Virus record (IMG/VR): IMGVR_UViG_2935054407_000001
Location: 32,001-96,000 of that record
DNA: 64,000 bases
Reading direction: 5' to 3' (one strand)
Source: a virus
Taxonomy: Duplodnaviria > Caudoviricetes
Under the pieces are notes generated by a model. The model saw only the letters and a list, made by a program, of their open reading frames with translations, made no database searches and was not told the origin of the DNA. Positions 1 through 7,901 of this stretch are shown one piece after another; position 1 is the first letter of the stretch, and each line of letters starts with the position of its first letter. Position numbers and translations under genes: made by a program.

Positions 1-55
1 TAGGCCGGACAGGGTCACACGGTGCAACGGACTGCACGGGTGCCCGCAATGCAAG

Positions 56-379
56 ATGGATGCCGAGCTGGTCTCGATGCTCGCGAGTCCTAAAAAGGGA
101 ATCGCTCTCAAGTTCGGTGACCAAATTTCGAACGGTGCTCACGTGCTGGCCTACACCGGCATCCACAGCAGCACGAGGATCACACGCGCGGTTGCGCTGT
201 GCTGGTGTCCAACGCGGAAAGAGTTCGTGATCTGGACCATCGAATACGGATACGCCGACCAGGGCGAAGCCTGGTACGCACACAACGGCCACCGCGCGGG
301 ACAAGACCTCGCCTATGCCCTGCTGAGCTATACGCAGCAGGCCGGTCCCGGCGCCTCTCTCCCGAATTTCATCTACTAG
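56..379 (+). CDS. hypothetical early protein (start uncertain)
   Basis: 107-aa ORF; its stop codon overlaps the 5' arm of the hammerhead. Confidence 0.6.
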   Translation: MDAELVSMLASPKKGIALKFGDQISNGAHVLAYTGIHSSTRITRAVALCWCPTRKEFVIWTIEYGYADQGEAWYAHNGHRAGQDLAYALLSYTQQAGPGASLPNFIY

Positions 380-452
380 GCGAAACGCGCGTCTTTCACA
401 CCGGTAGGCGCGCGTCGCGTCGGGAGTCGTTACCCGATGCCTGATGAGCCAG
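376..452 (+). ncRNA. type II hammerhead ribozyme
   Basis: GGC-GAAA (379-385); stem III 385-394/406-415; GUC cleavage triplet 414-416; stem I 417-424/433-440; CUGAUGA 441-447; GCC 448-450 closes stem II. Confidence 0.9.
390..406 (+). promoter_or_regulatory. 17-bp oriented motif CGTCTTTCACACCGGTA, copy 1
   Basis: Perfect match to the consensus; lies in hammerhead stem/loop III. Confidence 0.8.
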
Positions 453-478
453 ACCACACAGAAAGAGGGCACAGACCC

Positions 479-829
479 ATGAGCAACACCGCTAAGCAGA
501 TCCAGGTTGGGACGCACGGCAAGGGCCTGCGGGCGCTGATTGAGGCCCTGGAGACCTGCACTCCCTTCAAGACGGCTGGTGCCTTTCAGGCCATGGCTGG
601 CGTGCCCTCCGGGACCGGCCGCATGCCGAAGGATGAGCGCGAGCGTTTCGAGACCGACCGACCGCAGATCACGTACACCGTTCTTTCGTACGCCACCCCG
701 ATTGCCTGGGTTCTGGAGAACGGAGAGACGTACGTCTCTGACACCTATTACTCACCCACGACGACCAAGCACCAGAGCCGTGTTCGCGTGTATCTGAACC
801 GCGCAAACGTCATTGACGAGGCTGCGTAA
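479..829 (+). CDS. small phage protein (SY-T-IA ... YS-TT-KHQ motif family)
   Basis: ATG 479 after ACACAGAAAGAGGG; motif pattern familiar from phage early genes. Confidence 0.75.
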   Translation: MSNTAKQIQVGTHGKGLRALIEALETCTPFKTAGAFQAMAGVPSGTGRMPKDERERFETDRPQITYTVLSYATPIAWVLENGETYVSDTYYSPTTTKHQSRVRVYLNRANVIDEAA

Positions 830-897
830 CGGTCGTGAGCGCTTCTGACATCGCCCGGAAATCCGGGCGGTGTTGGTGGCACGGCGAACGTGTCAGA
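830..897 (+). repeat. intergenic hairpin repeat A, copy 1
   Basis: 68 bp, near-identical to 1500-1567 (3 mismatches); long stem with G-U pairs. Confidence 0.9.
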
Positions 898-927
898 CCT
901 AAGAACATACACAGAAAGAGGGTTGTA

Positions 928-1497
928 ATGCTCACAGAGATCCGTGCCATCGCTACCGATGTTGCTCGCGAGATGGGTAACTGGACCATTCGCGACGGCT
1001 ACATGAACGGCCAGTTCTTCATCGCCGACGAGAACAAAGAGCTGTGCCTGATGTTCGATCTCACACACGAGACGGGCAGGCTCAGCATCAGTGCCTCGTA
1101 CCCGAAGAATTCCAGTGTGGTGCACGGCATCAAGGGCTACAGCATCCGCGTGTCTTACAAGCGCGGCGCGGTCGTGATCGCACGGGAGATCAAGCGGAGG
1201 TTGATGCCTGACTACCTCCGCGAGCTGGAGAGCGTTGTCACACGGATCGCCGCTCACGAGGCGGAGGAAAGGCGGCAGGCGACCATAGCGCAGACCGTCG
1301 CAACGGCGCTTGGTGTCGATTGCCCGGAGACCGTCCACCCATCCGGAGTCTATGTCCGTAGCGGCTGGTGCGGTCCGAAGGCGCCCGTTACACGCTCGGA
1401 ATTCCGCGTCATGTCCGGTAGCAGCGTGGCTATCGAGATCAAGACGGATGGTGAGGTAGCCGCAAAGATCGCCGAATTCCTTCGGACTCTTATGTAG
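928..1497 (+). CDS. hypothetical protein
   Basis: ATG 928 after ACACAGAAAGAGGG; flanked by the two repeat A copies. Confidence 0.8.
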   Translation: MLTEIRAIATDVAREMGNWTIRDGYMNGQFFIADENKELCLMFDLTHETGRLSISASYPKNSSVVHGIKGYSIRVSYKRGAVVIAREIKRRLMPDYLRELESVVTRIAAHEAEERRQATIAQTVATALGVDCPETVHPSGVYVRSGWCGPKAPVTRSEFRVMSGSSVAIEIKTDGEVAAKIAEFLRTLM

Positions 1498-1499
1498 TG

Positions 1500-1567
1500 C
1501 GGTCGTGAGCGCTTCTGACATCACCCGGATTTCCGGGCGGTGTTGGTGGCACGGCGAACGTGTCAGA
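1500..1567 (+). repeat. intergenic hairpin repeat A, copy 2
   Basis: Direct repeat of 830-897. Confidence 0.9.
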
Positions 1568-1591
1568 GCAACACGCAGAAAGGCGGGACAG

Positions 1592-2191
1592 ATGGGATCG
1601 ATTGGACTTCACCGCGAGCCTGGCATGACCGATCGGGAATTCTTCGAGAAGGAGTTCCCGAACATGCTCGGCAAGTATGGGCAGATCGTGGCCTGTGCTT
1701 CCAACCCCGCTGGTGGCGATTGGAACCGTGCTTTCTATGCGGCGGTCACCAACAACGATGACGCGTCGTATAAGCCGGGCGAGACGTGGGCGTTGGTCGT
1801 GCTGATGCGCAACGACCGTAAATCGTCGGGCGGGTGCAACTTCTACTACAAGGACTTGGACGAGACCATGGGGCCGGTTGAAAGCACCTGCCCGGACCGG
1901 ATTCTTGACCTCCTGTCACCGACCGAACATGCAGGGGCCACCAGGTGGCGAGAGCGCTGCCGTGCCCACAATGCCCGCCTGGACAAGGCGCGGAAGCTCA
2001 CCGACGGTCAGATCATCCGCTTCACCAACCCCATGCCCTTCGGTGAGCCGTATGGAGAGGCTCAGCGCTTCCGCTACCGGAAGGCGGGGCGTAAGTCGGT
2101 CCTTGAAGCGATCACCGATGACGGGGAATTCCGCTTCCGTGCCCGGATTCCCGGCTGGCGCGCAATGTCATTCGAGATCGAGAACAACTAG
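1592..2191 (+). CDS. DUF6927-like protein
   Basis: FYYKDLDETMGP..CPDRILDLLSPT..A..WRERC motif; SD AGAAAGGCGG. Confidence 0.65.
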   Translation: MGSIGLHREPGMTDREFFEKEFPNMLGKYGQIVACASNPAGGDWNRAFYAAVTNNDDASYKPGETWALVVLMRNDRKSSGGCNFYYKDLDETMGPVESTCPDRILDLLSPTEHAGATRWRERCRAHNARLDKARKLTDGQIIRFTNPMPFGEPYGEAQRFRYRKAGRKSVLEAITDDGEFRFRARIPGWRAMSFEIENN

Positions 2192-2207
2192 CAGAAAGAC
2201 GGTAGTG

Positions 2208-2465
2208 ATGGACATCCCCGCTCTCCTCGTACGCATGGCGCGCAGCGTTCCCCGGCACGACAATGCCCGAATGATTATGTGGACGGCACACGAGGCGGTG
2301 AACAACACGTCTGACCTGGTGGATGGTGCACGGGCAGCGCTGGCGTACGTGTCAACGCACATCGGCGATGCTCCCGGACAGTCCAGGGATGAGCTGCTAA
2401 ATGACGCGGTTGCGGTGCTCTCCCTACATCTGGCGCTGCACACCATCGCCGAAAAGTACAAGTAA
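2208..2465 (+). CDS. hypothetical protein
   Basis: ATG after CAGAAAGACGG. Confidence 0.7.
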   Translation: MDIPALLVRMARSVPRHDNARMIMWTAHEAVNNTSDLVDGARAALAYVSTHIGDAPGQSRDELLNDAVAVLSLHLALHTIAEKYK

Positions 2466-2481
2466 GGGAAAGGCGGGAGTA

Positions 2482-2796
2482 ATGCCAGAGCGGCGCAAGG
2501 CGACCACGAAATACACGCTCGTACAGCACAGCGGGAGCACATCGCATGCGGAATTCCGGCACGCGGTAGAAGTGCTCTCCGTCTCGACGCTCACGGAACA
2601 GGACAAGATCGAAAAGGTCGGCGGCCTGCTGTTCGAGAGCTGGGAGGAGGCGGACAACAGGGAGTACGAGGAGAACTACCCGCCGGGGGTTACCGGGCTC
2701 TACCCGCGCGTGCCCGGCACGTTCCGGACCGATCTGAAAATCGATGGGTTCAACCTCTACATCCCCGCTGCGAAGAACGACACGGAAGGCCAGTGA
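2482..2796 (+). CDS. hypothetical protein
   Basis: ATG after GAAAGGCGGG. Confidence 0.75.
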   Translation: MPERRKATTKYTLVQHSGSTSHAEFRHAVEVLSVSTLTEQDKIEKVGGLLFESWEEADNREYEENYPPGVTGLYPRVPGTFRTDLKIDGFNLYIPAAKNDTEGQ

Positions 2797-3110
2797 CCAT
2801 GCCTCTTACCGCCCCCGAAAAGCGAGCCATCAAGCGGGCTTACCGCTGTGTCGTGATGCTGAACGAGCACACGCCGGAATGGCGCGGAATGGTGGACAAG
2901 GACACCCTTGCCATGCATCACACGAGCCGCTGTGTGTTCGGCCAGGTGTTCGGCGACTTCAACGAAGGGATCGACGTGCTGTCCCTGCACGGTTGCGACG
3001 AACCGCAGCGCTACGGGCTGGATCTCGACGTGAGGAACGACGTCATGTACCCCGTGCTGGACACCGCCTGGCGGATCGTGCTTGACCACCTGGACGCGCG
3101 GTCGGCCTAG
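2793..3110 (+). CDS. hypothetical protein
   Basis: GTGA overlap with the upstream gene; CVFGQVFG motif. Confidence 0.75.
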   Translation: MTMPLTAPEKRAIKRAYRCVVMLNEHTPEWRGMVDKDTLAMHHTSRCVFGQVFGDFNEGIDVLSLHGCDEPQRYGLDLDVRNDVMYPVLDTAWRIVLDHLDARSA

Positions 3111-3186
3111 CGGATCCTCTGGTCCCCATGCCTGCCAAATATCGGGGGCGGGCATGGGCGGCCGGGGCGTCCGCTTGGACGATCAC
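3106..3186 (+). repeat. intergenic hairpin repeat B, copy 1 (loop AAATATCGGG)
   Basis: Arms CCTAGCGGATCCTC ... GGGGCGTCCGCT..G.CGATCAC shared with 4091-4172. Confidence 0.85.
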
Positions 3187-3213
3187 CACCACACACACAC
3201 AGAAAGGCGGGAG

Positions 3214-3468
3214 ATGGGAAGGCACAGCAGGAACCGATCGCCGTACCCGGCCAGCAGCACGACCCCTGACCGCTCACAGGTCACGGAATCTGAGAGCGAG
3301 GCTCTCGTCCGGCTCGCTGCTCTGGTCTGTCACAACATCGCTACCGGCTTCGCTCCGGAGCGGGCTGTGGAGGCGGCTCTCCGTTCCTTCGACGACCCCG
3401 AAAGCGTGGTCGAGCTGTGGGCAGCGGTCTGGGAGCGCATCAAATCTGAAGACACCGAAAGGCGGTAG
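3214..3468 (+). CDS. hypothetical protein
   Basis: ATG after ACACACAGAAAGGCGG. Confidence 0.7.
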   Translation: MGRHSRNRSPYPASSTTPDRSQVTESESEALVRLAALVCHNIATGFAPERAVEAALRSFDDPESVVELWAAVWERIKSEDTERR

Positions 3469-3472
3469 AACC

Positions 3473-3784
3473 ATGACCTACAACCACGCACGCATGACGG
3501 ACGCGGATCGCGCTAGGAACACCCGCACCATCACGAACAGGCTCATCCATGCATGGGAGATCATGAAGGCCACGGGTCCGGTTTCTGGCCCAGCCGACTA
3601 CTACACTGGGATGTCCACCGCGTACGAGGCGTTCACCGGCTGCAACCCCGTAGCGCTGTCGATGGCGCTGGACGACAACCGGAAGCGCCACGGCAATCTG
3701 TCGCTCTCCGATCGGGCTGACAAGCTGATCGAGTCCTTGTCTCTGGCCGAGGTCTTCCCCTACCTCAAGGACGGGGACGCGTGA
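3473..3784 (+). CDS. hypothetical protein
   Basis: ATG after GAAAGGCGG. Confidence 0.75.
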   Translation: MTYNHARMTDADRARNTRTITNRLIHAWEIMKATGPVSGPADYYTGMSTAYEAFTGCNPVALSMALDDNRKRHGNLSLSDRADKLIESLSLAEVFPYLKDGDA

Positions 3785-4095
3785 TGACTGCATACGAGAT
3801 CGCTGCTCGGGCCGCTTTCTTCGCCTCCCAGCGCGCGACACAGGCGACCGTGGCAGAGCTGCACAGGTGGGAGCGCGCGGCTCGGCGCTCTGGCAACCGC
3901 GAGCACGTCAAGGAGATCCGGCGCGAGGTGAGGCGCATTCGCGCTACCAAGCGGCTCTCTCTCATCAAGCACGGCGGCGCGTGGGCCTGCTTCGACAACC
4001 GCACGGGGTCAGTCTGCGAGACCTTCGCTTACCGCATGGACGGCGCGACCTACGTCGAGTACTGGAACGGCCAGTACCACAAGCACACGTCCTAG
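3781..4095 (+). CDS. hypothetical protein
   Basis: Start overlaps the upstream stop; 104 aa. Confidence 0.7.
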   Translation: MMTAYEIAARAAFFASQRATQATVAELHRWERAARRSGNREHVKEIRREVRRIRATKRLSLIKHGGAWACFDNRTGSVCETFAYRMDGATYVEYWNGQYHKHTS

Positions 4096-4172
4096 CGGAT
4101 CCTCCGATCACCGCGCGTCTTTCACACCGGTAGAGATGCGCGGCCGGTCGGGGCGTCCGCTGGGGCGATCAC
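4091..4172 (+). repeat. intergenic hairpin repeat B, copy 2; apical stem-loop carries the 17-bp motif (4116-4132)
   Basis: Same outer arms as 3106-3186; inner stem CCGCGCGTCT/AGATGCGCGG. Confidence 0.85.
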
Positions 4173-4202
4173 GACCAACACACACAGAAAGGCGGGAGAT
4201 CT

Positions 4203-4496
4203 ATGCGCTTCTCCTACATCAACGAGGACTACATGCGCGAGCGGTGGCCGGTCGGCTGCCGAGCACGGCTCAAGAGCCTTCCGGGGAACTCGACCACCCT
4301 GACGATCGCCCCGCACGCGGAGACGAACTCCCCCTACAACCTCCGCTACTCGACGCGGACCAAGAGCGGTCCGGCGGTCAACATCACCTACCCGAAGTAC
4401 TGGCGGAACCGCAAGGGCGGCTGGGTGTTCGCCGCAGCGCTCCGACTGATCGGTAAGTGCGCTGACGGTACGTGCAACCACGCGGAAAGGCGGTAG
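4203..4496 (+). CDS. hypothetical protein
   Basis: ATG after ACACACAGAAAGGCGG. Confidence 0.75.
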   Translation: MRFSYINEDYMRERWPVGCRARLKSLPGNSTTLTIAPHAETNSPYNLRYSTRTKSGPAVNITYPKYWRNRKGGWVFAAALRLIGKCADGTCNHAERR

Positions 4497-4502
4497 ATCC
4501 GC

Positions 4503-4610
4503 GTGCACTGTGACCGTTGCGGCCGAGAGCTGCGGGCCTGGCCGTTGGAGCGCGGAAGCCGTTGCAGCCCCAAGCGGTGGACGTACTGCATCAGGCCGAA
4601 GAGCGACTGA
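4503..4610 (+). CDS. 35-aa Cys-rich peptide MHCDRCG...CSPKRWTYCIRPKSD
   Basis: GTG after GAAAGGCGG; fills the gap; too short to appear in the ORF track. Confidence 0.6.
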   Translation: MHCDRCGRELRAWPLERGSRCSPKRWTYCIRPKSD

Positions 4611-4648
4611 GACTCCCCAACCGCACACAGAAAGGCGGTAGTTCCACC

Positions 4649-4918
4649 ATGCCTAAGATCCTGATCGCCACCGACAAGGCTCCGCAGAGCAGCGTCCCCA
4701 ACGTGCGCGGGATGAACTGGGTGGCCCGTCGCGCCGCCATCATCCGCGCGGCCTTCCACCTGGAGAGGCAGGAGCGGGCCGTGCGGGCGCTGATGGCGAT
4801 GACCTTCGACGGCGACGAGCGGATCAAGCTCAAGGCCCTGCTCCAGCAGATCCAGGCGGACATCCGGAGCATCCACGTCTACGCCAAGGCCGGTTATCCG
4901 TCTGTCCGGGAGATCTGA
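4649..4918 (+). CDS. hypothetical protein
   Basis: ATG after ACACAGAAAGGCGG. Confidence 0.75.
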   Translation: MPKILIATDKAPQSSVPNVRGMNWVARRAAIIRAAFHLERQERAVRALMAMTFDGDERIKLKALLQQIQADIRSIHVYAKAGYPSVREI

Positions 4919-5692
4919 GTGCGCGCCCGGTTTCTCTGTGGTGCTCCGGAGTTGAGTTGGGCCGAAGATCACGGCGACATCGGGCCGCTTTTCATCAGCT
5001 TCAACCGCATTTGCCGATTGAAGTTTCGGCCCATCGATGTCACCACGGATTTCGCTATCGACAGTGGCGGCTTCACACAGCTTTCCAATGGCGGTTGGCC
5101 GGACGGCTGCGAAGAGCCCTACATCGCGGCGATTCGCAGGCTCAAGCGCTTCATCTGGAGAGGCGGCCACCACCTTCTGTGGATCGCTCCGCAAGATTGG
5201 ATGTGCGAGGAAGAGCAGCTAGCCAACACTGGTCTTACGGTGCTCGAACACCAGAGACGCACCGTGCGGAACTTCGCCCGGCTCACTCAGCTTGCCCCCG
5301 ATCTTCCGTGGGCCATGGCTGTGCAGGGTGATACGCCGAGAGCCTATCTCCGCATTCTCGACATGTACGCAGACGCAGGAGTCGATCCCCTCGCACAGAA
5401 GATCGTTGGCGTCGGTTCCATCTGCCGAATTCAGCACACGGACAAGGCCGTCGAGATTATCGAGACCTTGCACGATGCCGGACTGCGGAAGCTACACGGA
5501 TTCGGACTGAAGACGGAAGGGCTCGCGAAGGTCGGGCATCTCCTCACCTCCGCCGATTCGATGGCCTGGTCTGAGCATGCCCGCAAGCAGAAGATCCACC
5601 TTGACGGGTGCTCGCATAAGCGGTGCGTCTCCTGCCCGAAATTCGCCAAGCAATGGCGAGACAACCTCATCAATCGCGGGCTCGCTGCCTAA
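4919..5692 (+). CDS. queuine tRNA-ribosyltransferase/DpdA-like (TGT-fold) protein
   Basis: Motifs DSGGF, QDWMCE, GVGS, LHGFG, SADSMAWS; C-terminal Cys cluster. Confidence 0.8.
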   Translation: MRARFLCGAPELSWAEDHGDIGPLFISFNRICRLKFRPIDVTTDFAIDSGGFTQLSNGGWPDGCEEPYIAAIRRLKRFIWRGGHHLLWIAPQDWMCEEEQLANTGLTVLEHQRRTVRNFARLTQLAPDLPWAMAVQGDTPRAYLRILDMYADAGVDPLAQKIVGVGSICRIQHTDKAVEIIETLHDAGLRKLHGFGLKTEGLAKVGHLLTSADSMAWSEHARKQKIHLDGCSHKRCVSCPKFAKQWRDNLINRGLAA

Positions 5693-5720
5693 TCGTTCAC
5701 ACAGAAAGACGGTAATAGTC

Positions 5721-6236
5721 ATGTCCTTCTACCCCTATGAGCTGTGCGTGACGCTCCGATCCCAGAACCCGGATGACACGGATGAGATGTCGGTTGATCT
5801 CCTGGCTGTCGAACTGGACGAGTTGAAGGCTGCGGTTCTCAGTACCTTCGGCGGTATCTACGTCGAGGTGGACACGGACGACGGCAACTGGGAAGGCGTC
5901 CAGGTGTCCGGGACCACCATTGAGCAGCTCTGGAAGCTGGCGAAGCTGGCCACCGAGTCTCGTGACGCGAACTGCTTCATGGCCTGGGCGGGCATCCTGC
6001 CGGGCGGGCTCGCGAGTCTTGACCCGGAAACGGCGATCAGGGACTTCCGTAGGGAGTTCGAGGGCGACTACGAAGACCTCGCTGAATATGGACACACCCT
6101 CATGGAGGACGAAATCCGGCACATGCCCATCCTGGACCAGTTCTTCAACTTCGCGGAGTACGGCAAGTACGTCGCCGCTGACCACCGGGTTGTCGAGCTG
6201 TCCACCGGCCGCATCGCCGTCTTTGGGAAGGGCTGA
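5721..6236 (+). CDS. ardA: ArdA-like antirestriction protein
   Basis: Acidic protein; C-terminus FEGDYEDLAEYG..LM...LDQFFNFAEYG...GRIAVF is typical of ArdA. Confidence 0.7.
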   Translation: MSFYPYELCVTLRSQNPDDTDEMSVDLLAVELDELKAAVLSTFGGIYVEVDTDDGNWEGVQVSGTTIEQLWKLAKLATESRDANCFMAWAGILPGGLASLDPETAIRDFRREFEGDYEDLAEYGHTLMEDEIRHMPILDQFFNFAEYGKYVAADHRVVELSTGRIAVFGKG

Positions 6237-6239
6237 GTC

Positions 6240-6614
6240 ATGGCTGATGGCATCCGCAAGAGCGACGGGGCGCGCGGCAAGCTGGTTGGTCCTGCTCCCT
6301 GGGGGCCTGAGGGGCACACCGTCTATGAGTGGAGCGACACTCAGCCGCGCTTTACCCGAGAGATCCTGCCGGATCACATGGTGGTCAACCCGGACGAGCC
6401 GAAGAACGGTCGATGGGGGCAGGTGGCAGAGCTGGCGGTGGCCACGGGCGGCGCAGCCTTGAAGCTTGGCGAGATCGCCGCGCTCTGCCTGGACGGCGGC
6501 TGGTACACCGAGACGGAGCTGGACGCCGTACGGCAGCTCGATCGGCTGGAGAATCTCGTCAAGCTGATGCGGAGCCGGGTGGAGGCGGCCCGGCGCACGC
6601 AACGCAACGCCTGA
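6240..6614 (+). CDS. hypothetical protein
   Basis: 124-aa ORF in the operon. Confidence 0.7.
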   Translation: MADGIRKSDGARGKLVGPAPWGPEGHTVYEWSDTQPRFTREILPDHMVVNPDEPKNGRWGQVAELAVATGGAALKLGEIAALCLDGGWYTETELDAVRQLDRLENLVKLMRSRVEAARRTQRNA

Positions 6615-6679
6615 TGTCTCGGCGGGGTTGACTCCTAGAATCGAGTAGACCTGGAGCCAACCCCGATCGGAGCCGAATC

Positions 6680-7015
6680 ATGGCGAATTCCCTGACGATG
6701 TATCTGCCCGTTTCAGCTATCGATGCAATGAGCGAAAAGGCGGAAGGAAGCGGGCTCACCCTGTCGTTCGTTGCATCGGCTCTTGTAGCCAGAGCGCTGA
6801 GGGATAAACTCCCCCCCGAGTTTCTCGACCTCCCGAAATTCGAGCGGGGTTTGAAGAAGCGCAATCAGAATGTCTACGTCCCTGATAGTGTTTGGACGGC
6901 TGACGGAGTCATTAAGACGGTTCCTGAAAATGAGCGCCCTAGGTTCGTCACGGCGCTGATGTACGCCTACTCCCGATGCCTGGTGGACGTACAGCTATCT
7001 GTAACAGTCACCTGA
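6680..7015 (+). CDS. putative ribbon-helix-helix DNA-binding protein
   Basis: Strand SLTMYLP then two helices (LSFVASALV); a second QNVYVP unit. Confidence 0.45.
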   Translation: MANSLTMYLPVSAIDAMSEKAEGSGLTLSFVASALVARALRDKLPPEFLDLPKFERGLKKRNQNVYVPDSVWTADGVIKTVPENERPRFVTALMYAYSRCLVDVQLSVTVT

Positions 7016-7039
7016 TACACGCACAGAAAGAGCAGCGGA

Positions 7040-7825
7040 TTGAGAACAAAGGAAGACATCGAGCGGCGGGTGAAGGCTTACCTTGCCAAGGCCGAATCTG
7101 CCGTCAAGCTCGGAAACATGGAAGAAGCGAAGCTGTTCTTCGGGGCGGTTTCCGAGATGGTCTATACCTATGACCTCGACGAAGCCGTTTTGCGGACAGA
7201 GAACAACGCCGGTAAGACGGAAATCACGATCTCTTCGCATCGTTTCCAAGTGTCGAACCGTGGCCAGCACGGACCAGAGCGGATCGAAGCGCTGTTCTCC
7301 TTCGTAGGCGCGATGAACTGCGAGGGGGTGTCCATTGGCTGCGCACGAAACACGTATGGACAGCCCATCGACTTTGAAGTCCTGGGACCTGCTGAGACAG
7401 TGGACCGGTTGAAGCTGTTGATCCCAATTCTGCTGTTGCAGATGGAGGACGCAGCTCGTCAGTCGGCGAAGAAGTTCCGCAAGGAACAGGAGATGTACTA
7501 CCTCAACCCTGCGAACTTGTCTCGCGCGGTGACCAAGTGGTTCAGATCGGTGCTCGTTGGCTACGGACGAGGCGTTGCCGCGAAGATCCAAGAGCGCATG
7601 GCCAAGACGTACGAAGAAGCCACGGAGGGATCGACGGCTGCTCTGGTCCTCTACGATCGCGCGACGGCACTGGAGGCCGCTCTCAAGGAGCGGTGGCCAA
7701 AGCTCCGCCCTTCTCGAACGCGCAAGCTCTACAGCGATGCCCTCCGCGAGGGCCAGCGGCTCGGCAAGCAAGCTGACCTGGGTGACGCCCGGATCGGCAG
7801 CGAGACGCGGGCCATTCCTCGATAG
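7040..7825 (+). CDS. DUF2786-family protein
   Basis: N-terminal V..YLAKAES......EEA..F...V.EM...YDL; C-terminal G...G..ADLG. Confidence 0.7.
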   Translation: MRTKEDIERRVKAYLAKAESAVKLGNMEEAKLFFGAVSEMVYTYDLDEAVLRTENNAGKTEITISSHRFQVSNRGQHGPERIEALFSFVGAMNCEGVSIGCARNTYGQPIDFEVLGPAETVDRLKLLIPILLLQMEDAARQSAKKFRKEQEMYYLNPANLSRAVTKWFRSVLVGYGRGVAAKIQERMAKTYEEATEGSTAALVLYDRATALEAALKERWPKLRPSRTRKLYSDALREGQRLGKQADLGDARIGSETRAIPR

Positions 7826-7901
7826 CCGGTTCCATGTCGGGGCGGCGTCCTACCATGGGGCGTCGCCCCGCTTCGTCCCCGAATACACACAAGGAGTAAG
7901 G

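Noticed and set aside
830-4172. Early-region repeats as a CRISPR array
   Set aside because: Repeats are 68-82 bp, come in pairs and are separated by whole genes; the Cas4-like gene is a stand-alone phage nuclease
6628-6651. TTGACT as a sigma70 -35 before the RHH gene
   Set aside because: The nearest -10-like hexamer (TAGACC) is only 12 bp away; nothing fits at 17-18 bp
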